From Bacillota bacterium (lineage in GTDB: Bacteria; Bacillota; Clostridia; Acetivibrionales; DTU013): DNA of 64,000 nt. Shown one piece after another: positions 29,662 through 39,512 of this stretch (positions are counted from its first letter, which is position 1; every line of letters begins with the position of its first letter). Under the pieces are notes generated by a model that was not told the origin of the DNA, searched no databases, and saw nothing but the letters and a program-made list of their open reading frames with translations. The position numbers and the translations under genes are program-made. The stretch spans positions 106,738 to 170,737 of the forward strand of contig JAEZMD010000007.1 of NCBI GenBank assembly GCA_023435745.1, read 5' to 3'.

Positions 29662-30883
29662 TGTCGTTTTCCTCGTCCTGAAATGGTATTGCTCCGAATC
29701 GTCCTGATAAATAATGCTTGCCAAAGCTTAAATCCGACCTGACTAATACTTCATCTTCTTTGAAATCATACAAAGAATACAAATTCGAAACTTGATTAAC
29801 CTTTTCAACAAACCAGATTTCATCTCTGCGTAAATCAGAGGAGTCAAGACAAACTAAATTGTGTGATGAAAAAATCAATTGCCCATCGCCGGTATTCACT
29901 TGTCTGTTACCATATAACGCTATGATATAGCGGAGAATTAAAGGGTGCAATTTTGCATCCAACTCATCAACCCAAAGCACCAATCCATTATAAAGAGAAA
30001 TAAACAACAGCGCCGCTAACGCAAACAATTTTTTAGTTCCACTGGATTCACTCTCGAAAGGTAATTGAATTACGTTTCCTTTATCATCGAGATGATAGCT
30101 ATACACAACATATTTTTCATTTAAGTCTGCATCCTTCTCGGGCAAAATCTCCAGGCGAACGATTGAACTGTCAAATTTACGAAGTAATTCCTCAACATCC
30201 TTTTTATTTTTCTCCCTTTTATATAGAAATTCTGCTATCAATTTTGTGCTCCACTTTTCATTAGAATCATCAGAAAAATCCTGATTCAAGCATGTTAATG
30301 AAAACCATTCGTAAACGTTTCTGTACTCACTTTTTTCTCTGCGACCAACAGCAGTCAATAATAACTCATTATCATTTATCATACTGCCGAGATATTCCAA
30401 CTCTTTTTTCTCAGTTTGATTTAATTTACCAACCGTAACTTTTCTATTGTTCCTGTAAAAAATCATTTTTTCTTTTGATTTTGTCCCTTTAGAAAATTTC
30501 TTTGTATACAGCCATTCATCAAATACTTGTGATTGATTCCTTACAAAACCGTATCTATACTCTTTATCATCAATATTAATGCTAACCTCATATTCGGTCG
30601 GTTCCTTTTCTGTGGTTTTGCTAAAGATATATGGTGTGATCAAATAATGATTTTCTTTTTTTTCATACACTGCCACGACATCTCTTCCCATGCTAAAAAA
30701 AGCAGAAAAAATGTTGGATTTCCCGCTTGCATTTGCGCCAAAAATCGCAGCTATCGGCAGCACCTTATTACCATTCTTTTCAATCAAGCTATTAACATGC
30801 TCCCTAATACTGGTAGCGGTTAAATCCAGCACTGCTTCTTCAGCAAATGATTTATAGTTCTTAAACCTGAATTGTAATAGCAT
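29651..30883 (-). CDS. ABC/AAA15-type ATPase of an AbiL-like two-gene defence module
   Basis: MLLQFRFKNYKSF start, Walker A GANASGKSN, signature-like SESSGTKK, Walker B LVLWVDELD, H-loop SSHN. The start at 30883 lies downstream of the predicted promoter; the track start at 30916 lies inside the -10. Confidence 0.85.
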   Translation of the reverse strand: MLLQFRFKNYKSFAEEAVLDLTATSIREHVNSLIEKNGNKVLPIAAIFGANASGKSNIFSAFFSMGRDVVAVYEKKENHYLITPYIFSKTTEKEPTEYEVSINIDDKEYRYGFVRNQSQVFDEWLYTKKFSKGTKSKEKMIFYRNNRKVTVGKLNQTEKKELEYLGSMINDNELLLTAVGRREKSEYRNVYEWFSLTCLNQDFSDDSNEKWSTKLIAEFLYKREKNKKDVEELLRKFDSSIVRLEILPEKDADLNEKYVVYSYHLDDKGNVIQLPFESESSGTKKLFALAALLFISLYNGLVLWVDELDAKLHPLILRYIIALYGNRQVNTGDGQLIFSSHNLVCLDSSDLRRDEIWFVEKVNQVSNLYSLYDFKEDEVLVRSDLSFGKHYLSGRFGAIPFQDEENDNGG

Positions 30884-30914
30884 GGTACACCCCGCTAAGT
30901 CTTTATTAACTATC

Positions 30915-30942
30915 ATTATATCACCTTCATCAATTTTGTAAA
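30915..30942 (-). promoter_or_regulatory. Sigma-A-like promoter of the defence pair
   Basis: On the minus strand: TTTACA (30937-30942), a 16-nt spacer, then TATAAT (30915-30920). Confidence 0.6.
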
Positions 30943-31147
30943 CATTTTCGAGAATATTTCTCCAAAATGCAGCTTTTTATAAATATTATTGACATATATC
31001 TGTACACTATTCAAACAATAAAGCATTTATACTAAAATTTGGAAGCTGGACATTCAGAAAGGGAGCACTACTGCAAGTGCTTGGAAACACAACCGGACTA
31101 AATGGATCTGACGGTACCTGAAGGGTCACTACCCACCTGGTTTAGTG

Positions 31148-33802
31148 TCACCTTCTTGTCTCTTCCCTCCCCCTTGGGAAGAAGCTGGCGAGCATAGGCA
31201 CAAGGCATGTAAGCCCGACGGTGACGAGCCACTCGTTCAAGCCAAGCGGCACCGTTTTAAAAATGTTCTGTAAAGAAGGAACATATACCACACCAAGCGT
31301 CATAAACAGCGAACAGAGCACTGCCAGTACAAGATACAGATTGTTAAAGATGGGAATCCGGAAGATGCTCATGCGCTCGGATTTACATTCAAACACATGA
31401 ATCAGCTGTGTGAGAACCAGCGTTACAAAAGCGCCTGTCCGTGCCATTCCGATATCGGCGGTATAATAGATCATGGTAATGTACACTGTCAGTGTCGTCA
31501 GGCCGATTAGAATGCCTCTGGAAAGTATAATATTGGCAAGCCCATGTGAAAAGATGCTTTCATCCGCTTTTCTGGGCATTCTCTTCATCACGTCCTTTTC
31601 CGGCGGATCAAAGCCCAGCGCCACTGCAGGCAAGCCATCCGTCACCAGGTTAATCCACAGTATCTGTATTGGAAGCAGAGGGACGGGTAAACCGGCAATC
31701 ATTCCCAGAAACATCGTCAGCACTTCTCCGATATTGCATGCCAGCATATACCTGATAAACTTGCGGATATTATTGTAGATGACCCTTCCCTCTTCAATGG
31801 CCGCTATAATGGTCGCGAAATTATCATCAAGCAGCGTCATGGCGGAGGCCTCCTTAGTCACATCCGTTCCTGTCATCCCCATTGCGACGCCAATATCCGC
31901 TTCTTTCACAGCTGGTGCGTCATTGACGCCGTCCCCGGTCATTGCTACAATATTGCCATTCCTTTTCAATGCTCTGACAATCCTCAGCTTATGCTTGGGC
32001 GAGACTCTCGCATATACGCTTACACCTTCAACAACCCTCTCAAGTTGTTTATCATCCAGTTCGTCCAATTCTGCTCCGGTCATAACCTTTTCATCGTCTG
32101 AGTAAATGCTCAATTCTCTGGCAATGGCGACTGCCGTCAACTTATGATCTCCAGTTATCATGACCGGTTTAATGCCTGCCAGCCTGCATTTGATAACAGC
32201 TTCAGCCGCTTCCTGCCTCGGCGGATCCAGCATTCCGATCAGTCCGATAAAGGTAAGATCCGATTCCAGTTCATCCCTGCTGTAGGGCAGGTAATCAAGC
32301 CTCTTATATGCAACGGCAATCACCCTCAGTGCATCAAGAGCCATTGCATCATTGGCTTTCGATATCTTTCGCTCCAGCTCATGAGTCAGTTGGGTGATCC
32401 CTTTTGCCTGACGGATGCTGCTGCATTTTTTCAGAAGCATATCCGGAGCGCCTTTTGTAAAAACAAGAGTTTCATCATTCTTATTACTGCACACAACGGA
32501 CATGCATTTTCTTTCAGAGTCAAAGGGGATCTCATCGATCCTGTAATACAGGGAGGCAAGCACCTCCGGAGTCAATCCTGCTTTGGCTGAAGCCACCATT
32601 AACGCGCCTTCTGTCGGATCCCCCGTAAAATTCCATTTTGTTTTATCTTGCTTTAAATGCTCACTCACAAGGCCTGCATTGTTGCATACAGCGGCAATCT
32701 CAAGGGCAAGCCTCACCACCTGATCCTTCAAAGGATCGATAGTACTGCCTCCTGAAAAAAATATATGCCCGTTTCCTTTTTTATCCTTGAGTTCCACCAC
32801 GCGGTCCCCTGCAAAAATCTTTCTGACTGTCATTTTATTCTGTGTCAGTGTCCCTGTCTTGTCAGAGCACACTACTCCGGCACATCCCAGCGTTTCCACC
32901 GCAGGAAGCCTTCTGATCAGAGCATTTCTCTTCAGCATTCTCTGAACGCCAAGTGCCAGCGAAATAGTAACTAACGCAGGCAATCCCTCCGGCACGGCCG
33001 CAACAGCAAGACTGATACCTGAAAGCAGCATGGAAAACGCATCCTCACCCCTCATGATTCCCGCTGCGGTCACGATCGCACATATGACCAGGCACCCGGC
33101 CGCAATGACCTTTCCAAGCTTCGCAAGTCTCTTCTGAAGCGGCGTCTGCTCTTCTTCGATGTTTTGTATCAAGTCGGCAATGCCGCCCATTTCCGTATTC
33201 ATGCCGGTGGCTGTAACAAGCGCTCTGGCTCTGCCCCCTGTTATGCTTGTGCCCATAAATACTCTGTTCTTTTTTTCTCCCAAGCCCATTTCTCTGTCCG
33301 GTGATACGGCAAACTTCTCCACAGGCACCGATTCTCCCGTGAGAAGGGATTCATCCACCTGAATACTTGAGCTTTCCAGTATAACCGCATCGGCTGGGAT
33401 TCTGTCGCCTGTTTCGAGTATGATCACATCCCCCGGAACAATCTGCTCTGCAGGGATGCTGATATGTCTGCCGCTTCGCAGCACCTTTGCTGCAGGCGCT
33501 GTTAAACTCTTCAGCGCCTCCATGGTTCTTTCCGTTCTGAATTCCTGAATAAAGCCCAGCAAGGCATTGAGAACAATAATTGCAATGATTGTGACCGCTT
33601 CGGTCATTTCTCCCATGAACGCAGAAATTGCTGTCGAAGCCATAAGAATGATTACCATGATATCTTTAAATTGGCCAAGCAGCAGTTTTATCATTGATAT
33701 TTTCTTTTTTTCTGAAAGCAGGTTCGGGCCGTGCTCCAGCAGCTTCTTTTTTGCCTCTCTCTCGCTCAGCCCGATACCCGAAGACGTATACTGTCTGTTC
33801 AA
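31148..33802 (-). CDS. P-type cation-transporting ATPase (Ca2+/Mg2+ P2-type)
   Basis: 884 aa with phosphorylation motif CSDKTGTLTQN, TGES, and hinge MTGDGVNDAPA. Apparent TTG start at 33802. Confidence 0.9.
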   Translation of the reverse strand: MNRQYTSSGIGLSEREAKKKLLEHGPNLLSEKKKISMIKLLLGQFKDIMVIILMASTAISAFMGEMTEAVTIIAIIVLNALLGFIQEFRTERTMEALKSLTAPAAKVLRSGRHISIPAEQIVPGDVIILETGDRIPADAVILESSSIQVDESLLTGESVPVEKFAVSPDREMGLGEKKNRVFMGTSITGGRARALVTATGMNTEMGGIADLIQNIEEEQTPLQKRLAKLGKVIAAGCLVICAIVTAAGIMRGEDAFSMLLSGISLAVAAVPEGLPALVTISLALGVQRMLKRNALIRRLPAVETLGCAGVVCSDKTGTLTQNKMTVRKIFAGDRVVELKDKKGNGHIFFSGGSTIDPLKDQVVRLALEIAAVCNNAGLVSEHLKQDKTKWNFTGDPTEGALMVASAKAGLTPEVLASLYYRIDEIPFDSERKCMSVVCSNKNDETLVFTKGAPDMLLKKCSSIRQAKGITQLTHELERKISKANDAMALDALRVIAVAYKRLDYLPYSRDELESDLTFIGLIGMLDPPRQEAAEAVIKCRLAGIKPVMITGDHKLTAVAIARELSIYSDDEKVMTGAELDELDDKQLERVVEGVSVYARVSPKHKLRIVRALKRNGNIVAMTGDGVNDAPAVKEADIGVAMGMTGTDVTKEASAMTLLDDNFATIIAAIEEGRVIYNNIRKFIRYMLACNIGEVLTMFLGMIAGLPVPLLPIQILWINLVTDGLPAVALGFDPPEKDVMKRMPRKADESIFSHGLANIILSRGILIGLTTLTVYITMIYYTADIGMARTGAFVTLVLTQLIHVFECKSERMSIFRIPIFNNLYLVLAVLCSLFMTLGVVYVPSLQNIFKTVPLGLNEWLVTVGLTCLVPMLASFFPRGREETRR

Positions 33803-33843
33803 AATAGGACACCCCTTTATCGCAGGTTTATGTCCTATTTCTA

Positions 33844-33874
33844 TTCAAAAGCGGTATGGTTTAGACCATACCGC
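33844..33874 (-). terminator. Strong hairpin plus U-tract between mgtC and the P-type ATPase gene
   Basis: Perfect 10-bp stem GCGGTATGGT (33851-33860) / ACCATACCGC (33865-33874) with a 4-nt loop. On the minus strand it is followed by TTTTG. Confidence 0.65.
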
Positions 33875-33912
33875 CATCGCTATTACCCTGACTCCTTTAT
33901 TCTCAAAACCTC

Positions 33913-34575
33913 TTATTGCTCGTACACCTTTTTCACACCCTCAATGCTCTGAATATCCGCGAGGGTCTGCAGATCGATCGTACTGCCCGGCATCTTCACC
34001 AGCAGCTTGATTCTCGTTTCGTTTTCCTTGCTCTTGTATAGCTGTATATTCTTAATATCTATTTTGTATTGCTCCAGCATGCCGCTGACAGCACCGACCA
34101 GGCCGGGAGCATTATCGGACTCAACTATAAAGGTTCTATACCTGTTTCTCTTTGAAAAATGTTTTTCTGCCTTCTTCAGAATAATTAATGTGAGGAAAAT
34201 GAAAATAGTGGCGGCAACAGCCCCGCTGTAAAAACCCGCGCCTGCCGCAATACCAACACACGAAACCGCCCATAAGCTAGCGGCTGTTGTCAGTCCTCGG
34301 ACATTGAACCCATCGCGTATAATCGTGCCGGCGCCAAGGAAACCAACCCCGCTGACAACCTGAGCGCCAAGCCTTGTCGGATCAATACCTGCCAACCCCG
34401 TGTACCTCCTGAAGGTAAACTCAGAGGTGACCATGACAAGAGCAGCTCCGACACACACCAAAATATGTGTCCTGAAGCCGGCCGGCCTGCTCGTATGCTC
34501 CCTCTCATAACCGATCGCTCCGCCAAGTCCAACAGATAGCAATAGCCGGAGCACCATCTCAACAGCAAAAGGCAT
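33913..34575 (-). CDS. mgtC: MgtC/SapB-family membrane protein
   Basis: LLLSVGLGGAIGYEREHTSRPAGFRTHILV is typical of MgtC; there is a C-terminal soluble domain. Confidence 0.85.
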   Translation of the reverse strand: MPFAVEMVLRLLLSVGLGGAIGYEREHTSRPAGFRTHILVCVGAALVMVTSEFTFRRYTGLAGIDPTRLGAQVVSGVGFLGAGTIIRDGFNVRGLTTAASLWAVSCVGIAAGAGFYSGAVAATIFIFLTLIILKKAEKHFSKRNRYRTFIVESDNAPGLVGAVSGMLEQYKIDIKNIQLYKSKENETRIKLLVKMPGSTIDLQTLADIQSIEGVKKVYEQ

Positions 34576-34602
34576 ATTTCCACCTCAATATAATTCAGAT
34601 TA

Positions 34603-35115
34603 TTAGTTCTGGAGAATCTTTCTCGGGATATAGATCTTAAAGTTCCTCAGCATTCTCTCGTCAGGCTCAAAGATAACAATGGTCTTCTCTCCCTTATAAT
34701 TGAGTGAAGCAAACCATGCATCCGTTGAAGCTGTAGAGCTTGAAGCATCAATCTTTTTTTTGATCTCCTGCGAAGACCGGTTGTAACTATCACTTCTTAC
34801 AGGTGCGACGATATCAAATTCCTTGCAGTTTGCGCTGAAGATCCTCTTTCTTTTCCGTCTTGAAACAATTTTATCGATATCAAGATCTCCATTCGTGACT
34901 ATATATTCGTACTCCACATTCCTCGATGAAAGAAGTCTATATCCAAGATATGCAATACCCGCGGCTATTATGAGGCTGATGCCAAGCTCCTGAAGCACCG
35001 GTATAATCAAGACGATCATGATCAGCAGCATCGCGGCCAGCACTATTCCGACGGTAATCAGATGATCAGCCATTGATTTCTTTTTTGTCACCAGTTTTTC
35101 CATAAAAGTATCCAT
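34603..35115 (-). CDS. Hypothetical membrane protein (two TM segments plus a soluble C-terminal domain)
   Basis: 170 aa with a good RBS (AGGAGGA). I recognise no functional motif. Confidence 0.6.
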   Translation of the reverse strand: MDTFMEKLVTKKKSMADHLITVGIVLAAMLLIMIVLIIPVLQELGISLIIAAGIAYLGYRLLSSRNVEYEYIVTNGDLDIDKIVSRRKRKRIFSANCKEFDIVAPVRSDSYNRSSQEIKKKIDASSSTASTDAWFASLNYKGEKTIVIFEPDERMLRNFKIYIPRKILQN

Positions 35116-35212
35116 TATTAAAATCCTCCTAATATATGAACCATAAATCGTAGATCGCTTTGTAAATTAGATTTTACCACAACTGCAAATGATAAACAAT
35201 AACTCCGAAGGT

Positions 35213-36058
35213 CTATTCCGCACTTCCTTTGACATCAATCACGACAACCTCGGGCGGATTGAATATGCGCGGTACACGAAGAGGATTGGAAGCGCCGCGG
35301 CTAACGATATGCGTTAATGAGCCGTGTCTGTACATTCCTCCGGCATGTTTGGGGAACCAACCCTGGTCCGGCGCATATAACCCGTTCAAAATCAGCGGAA
35401 TGCGTATTTGTCCGCCATGTGTATGCCCGGAAACCACCAGATCAAAACCATATTTTTTATACTCATCAATCCGCTCGGGACGATGAGCCAGAAGGATTTT
35501 AAACCCGGATTCATTGCGCAATGGCAGGAATGCACCTTCCATTTCGACCGTCCAATCAGATACCGAGCTTTCAAACAGGTCCATATCCGGGTCATCGATA
35601 CCCGCAAAGGTGATCATCGCACCGCCGGCCATCCTTTGCTCGTATTCGCCTTCAAGAACCTTCACCCCATAACTGCGGATGACCTCTTTTATAGACTCGA
35701 CATCAAACGACCAAAACTCGTGGTTTCCGGTAACGTAATATACAGGTGCAATTCCCCTGATCCCCTTCAGCAGTAATCGCACGCCCCTGAACGGTATCTT
35801 GTCATCAGCGATATCACCGACGAGTAAAAGTACGTCCGGCTGCTGCTTTTTAATCAGCGATACAAGCTCGTTCTGGTTCTCTCCATAAATGTGGCTGTGC
35901 AAATCTGTGATCAATACTATTCTGAAGGACTCTCCCACATTCATTTTATCTGTTTGAACGGTATATCTTCGCACTATCAGGCCATTATAAAAAGCGGCAA
36001 CAACTAATATGACCGCAAGACTGATACTTATCAATATTATGATTGTCTTTTTCCTCAT
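35213..36058 (-). CDS. Membrane-anchored metallophosphoesterase (YkuE-like)
   Basis: Calcineurin-like motifs DLHSH, GDIADD, GNHEF and GHTHGGQ. The ATG at 36058 gives an MRKKTIIILISI... anchor; the track ORF starts at a TTG at 36106. Confidence 0.8.
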   Translation of the reverse strand: MRKKTIIILISISLAVILVVAAFYNGLIVRRYTVQTDKMNVGESFRIVLITDLHSHIYGENQNELVSLIKKQQPDVLLLVGDIADDKIPFRGVRLLLKGIRGIAPVYYVTGNHEFWSFDVESIKEVIRSYGVKVLEGEYEQRMAGGAMITFAGIDDPDMDLFESSVSDWTVEMEGAFLPLRNESGFKILLAHRPERIDEYKKYGFDLVVSGHTHGGQIRIPLILNGLYAPDQGWFPKHAGGMYRHGSLTHIVSRGASNPLRVPRIFNPPEVVVIDVKGSAE

Positions 36059-36109
36059 CAAAAATGATTTCCTTATTTTGTTTGCTGCTTCTGCTCCTGT
36101 ATTCAAATT

Positions 36110-36673
36110 CTAAACGTTGTCCCCGTTTTTTCTGCCAGAAGCCAACGCATATCCCGCTGCCTTGGCTGCTTGCTTTTTGTAGTCATTGTTCCATCTGTTA
36201 ACTCCGATATAATCGAAAATAACAGCACCTGTATGGCGACAGAAACGATCCAACTGTTCGAAGCAGCTCAGCAAACCATTCCCCGAGCCACCCGGAGTGG
36301 CAATAAGCAGGATTTGCTTGTTTCGCAAAGCTTCTGTTTGATTGAATTCACATCGGCGCAGTCGATCCATAAAGCTTTTGAGTGCTTCTGAAGCCTCTCC
36401 CCAGTATACCGGCGTCGCAAAGATGACGGCGTCACTGGATTTAATTCTTTTTTGTACATCGTCAAAGCCATCAGATCCATAAATGCAGTAATTCTCGTCT
36501 CGGCATGTACCCCAGCCGTCTCCGCAAACCTGACAGCAGTCCATCTTCAGGTCACAAAGTTTGATCTCCTCAACCTCTGCCCCGCCTTCCATCGCACCTG
36601 CTTTTGCCGCATCAATCACGGACTGGCACAATCCGTCTTTTTTGGGATTTCCGGATAAAATAACTATTTTCAT
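36110..36673 (-). CDS. Flavodoxin-like fold NAD(P)H-dependent FMN reductase / iron-sulfur flavoprotein-like
   Basis: MKIVILSGNPKKDGLC..., a Cys cluster CCQVCGDGWGTC, and IFATPVYWG. Confidence 0.7.
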   Translation of the reverse strand: MKIVILSGNPKKDGLCQSVIDAAKAGAMEGGAEVEEIKLCDLKMDCCQVCGDGWGTCRDENYCIYGSDGFDDVQKRIKSSDAVIFATPVYWGEASEALKSFMDRLRRCEFNQTEALRNKQILLIATPGGSGNGLLSCFEQLDRFCRHTGAVIFDYIGVNRWNNDYKKQAAKAAGYALASGRKNGDNV

Positions 36674-36692
36674 TGTGAAGACCCTTTCATAT

Positions 36693-36881
36693 TTAATTAT
36701 TAGTCAATTTACTATTACCGGTGCTTCCGGTGCTTCCAGCGCTTCTAGCGTTTTTATGTTTACAGTACGGTTCAGTATAACGTTTGTTGGTTTTATGGTA
36801 TGCAATACATTCACCGCATTTTCCATGTCTTTCACACTTCTTTTTTTTGCAATTACAACCCTCTAATCCTTTTTCCAGCAT
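36693..36881 (-). CDS. Small cysteine-rich protein (62 aa)
   Basis: MLEKGLEGCNCKKKKCERHGKCGECIAYHK... The ATG at 36881 is preceded by AGGAGTG. It lies immediately downstream of helD. Confidence 0.55.
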   Translation of the reverse strand: MLEKGLEGCNCKKKKCERHGKCGECIAYHKTNKRYTEPYCKHKNARSAGSTGSTGNSKLTNN

Positions 36882-36926
36882 CCTGTTCACTCCTGTTAAT
36901 ATCATACCACAAACAATATTTCAAGA

Positions 36927-39203
36927 CTATTTTTTACAGCTTTTGTTCCGGCCAAGAATCAAATTGGATAATTCACCACAATAATATAAATGCAGTTCAT
37001 GCAACGCCCTGGTACAAACCGTGTAAAGCAGCCTCCTGTCAACCTCCCCCGAATAATCCCATTCATCAGCCGTGCAAACAATTACGGCGTCAAACTCAAG
37101 GCCTTTCGCGAGATAGGAAGGAATTGCGACAATACCTTCCTTGTATACTTCTTTTTGATTTGTTATCGGGCTAATATCCACATACGGGTGCATGGATTGA
37201 TATAACCTTTCACATTCGCCTGCTGTTTTACATATGACTGCTATTAGTTTGTGGCCGTTGTTTTTAAGTTGTTTTATATCCTCGGCAATTTCTCTGTAAA
37301 GGTTTCCCCTGTCGCACTTGATAATTTCAGGTTTATTACCGTGCCGCCCGAGCTGTTCAGCGTTGGTCCGACATTGAAGAATTTCATTGCAGAAATCAGA
37401 AATCTCCAATGTAGAACGGTAACTTTTAGTTAATGTTATAAGTTCAGTATCCTTCGTTCCAAAGATATCTGCTGTAATATCAAAGCTGCCAATGTTCATA
37501 TAGGCATTTACGGTTTGATTCAGATCCCCCAGAATTGTTATATTACAGTGTTCAAAGGTCCTTCTCAGGACTTCATACTGAACAGCGGTATAGTCCTGTG
37601 CCTCATCAATGATAACATGCTTAATTGCTTTCGCATTATATTCACCCCCAAGTGCGGTGATTAATAGTAAAATCGGCGCCAAATCCTCATAATCGATGAG
37701 CCCCTGCTCCAATCGCCGGATGGTATATGCCCCTATATTTTCAAGATCATTATCATTTATATTATCACCGAGCCGGCCGCATGAGTCTTGATTAACATAC
37801 GATTTCAAATTTTTGATCAGATCACCATATAGCCGGTAAATATCAACAGAAGTCATTTGCTCTATTTCGTTCAGGATTGGCCCGAGCAATGCTTTGGCTT
37901 TCTGAGATGCCATTGTATTTTTCTCTGTTTCGTTTAGTGAACTATCCGCTGATAAATCACTTCTCAATATCTCATCAACCAGCTTTTCCTCGTAGGGTGC
38001 CGCAAGATAAAAGAGCCTTTGTCTCAGCTTTTCCAGCCGTTTCATATATGGCAGGTAGTTATAGTCTTCCCTGAACAGTCTGCTGATCTCTTCGGAAGAA
38101 ATAATAAGCACTCCGCCGTATGACAAGCTTTTGAATATTACGCTCCCTCCATGTTCAAGGTATTTCACGTAATCCTGTAAAATCATCAAAAATGTATAAG
38201 TTGCCTTAAGTTTAATGCTTTTAAGCCTTATGCTGTCAGATTTACCTTTCAGGACATATTCCATATGCCCGTTCATTGTCTCTATTCGATATTTAGTATC
38301 CGCCATCATACTCGCAAAAAAGTCTGCAAAGGTACTGCTTTCCACATTTTCTTCTCCAAGCTCTGGTAGAACATTAGAAATATAGTCCTCAAATACATGA
38401 TTCGGTGAAAAAATCAAAATATTCTCGGATTTCATATTCTCCCTGTATTTATACAAAAGAAACGCTGCTCTATGAAGCGCAATTGAAGTTTTTCCACTGC
38501 CGGCCGGGCCCTGGACTACAAGGATTCTATTCCGATCATCCCTTATGACACGGTTCTGCTCCTTTTGAATGCTCGTTACAATGGTTCTCATTCTGTTGTC
38601 TGTACTTTTCCCCAACATCTCCTGGAGCATTTCATCATTGATCCTTAGACTGCTGTCAAACATATACAAAATACGCTCGTTTTCGATTTTGTATTGTCTT
38701 TTAAGCAGCATCTGTCCATTTATACGTCCCATCGGACAGTCATACCCGGAAGGACCGGTTTCAAAGTCGTAAAACATACCTGATATAGGGGCTCTCCAAT
38801 CATACACGAGAATTTCCATACTTCCCACTTTAGCGAGGTTATATATTCCAATATAGATTTTTTCTGAAGCTTCCTCTCCCTCTTCTTTAAAATCTATCCT
38901 GCCGAAATACGGGCTTTTAAGCATTTTCTCCAGACGGCTGACCATATCGGTAGACCTCTTGTACTTTCTGGCCTGATTTGAAATATCCACCTGGTACTGC
39001 CACATCTGAGCTGGAGCGTCCAGGTCACACAAGTCGGTAGGTGTGCATTTGACCTCCTCCCACATACTCTTTTGAATTTCGATTGCTTCCCTTTTAAAGT
39101 TCCCAGCATCGCTGATACCTTTATCCAATTGTTTTTTAATTTCATTGACGACTTCTGTAAGGTAAATATTTTCAAACGCCAAGACGTTTTTATCAGTAAT
39201 CAT
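36927..39203 (-). CDS. helD: HelD-type UvrD/Rep superfamily-1 helicase (RNA-polymerase-associated)
   Basis: 758 aa with an N-terminal coiled-coil-like region, Walker A GPAGSGKTS, DEAQD, and C-terminal helicase motifs. Confidence 0.8.
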   Translation of the reverse strand: MITDKNVLAFENIYLTEVVNEIKKQLDKGISDAGNFKREAIEIQKSMWEEVKCTPTDLCDLDAPAQMWQYQVDISNQARKYKRSTDMVSRLEKMLKSPYFGRIDFKEEGEEASEKIYIGIYNLAKVGSMEILVYDWRAPISGMFYDFETGPSGYDCPMGRINGQMLLKRQYKIENERILYMFDSSLRINDEMLQEMLGKSTDNRMRTIVTSIQKEQNRVIRDDRNRILVVQGPAGSGKTSIALHRAAFLLYKYRENMKSENILIFSPNHVFEDYISNVLPELGEENVESSTFADFFASMMADTKYRIETMNGHMEYVLKGKSDSIRLKSIKLKATYTFLMILQDYVKYLEHGGSVIFKSLSYGGVLIISSEEISRLFREDYNYLPYMKRLEKLRQRLFYLAAPYEEKLVDEILRSDLSADSSLNETEKNTMASQKAKALLGPILNEIEQMTSVDIYRLYGDLIKNLKSYVNQDSCGRLGDNINDNDLENIGAYTIRRLEQGLIDYEDLAPILLLITALGGEYNAKAIKHVIIDEAQDYTAVQYEVLRRTFEHCNITILGDLNQTVNAYMNIGSFDITADIFGTKDTELITLTKSYRSTLEISDFCNEILQCRTNAEQLGRHGNKPEIIKCDRGNLYREIAEDIKQLKNNGHKLIAVICKTAGECERLYQSMHPYVDISPITNQKEVYKEGIVAIPSYLAKGLEFDAVIVCTADEWDYSGEVDRRLLYTVCTRALHELHLYYCGELSNLILGRNKSCKK

Positions 39204-39512
39204 GTAATACCTCCTGCCGGTTTCAGATATGTACTACTTATCATACAGGGAGTATGAGGGCATTAAAAGACTGTTATTCTGCTTTTTTATATGATACAAT
39301 AAAAATAGATAAAGCATTCACGCCATGACAAAAAAACCGGCCTGCACTTGTGGTTGGTTTGCCGGGTATTCCGGCTAATCGTTGTCGCGCTATATCTGTA
39401 TTAAAAGGCATTCATTTGAATTTTTTACCATTATTTTAGTACCGTCGAAATCATGCCAAGATCGCCACGTAATCGGGTATAAATCGTGTCAGTACCGTGT
39501 GTTTTTACGATA

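Noticed and set aside
33803-34602. M-box (Mg2+) riboswitch in front of mgtC or the P-type ATPase
   Set aside because: The intergenic spaces are too short (27 nt before mgtC, about 110 nt before the ATPase). Only simple hairpins are present.
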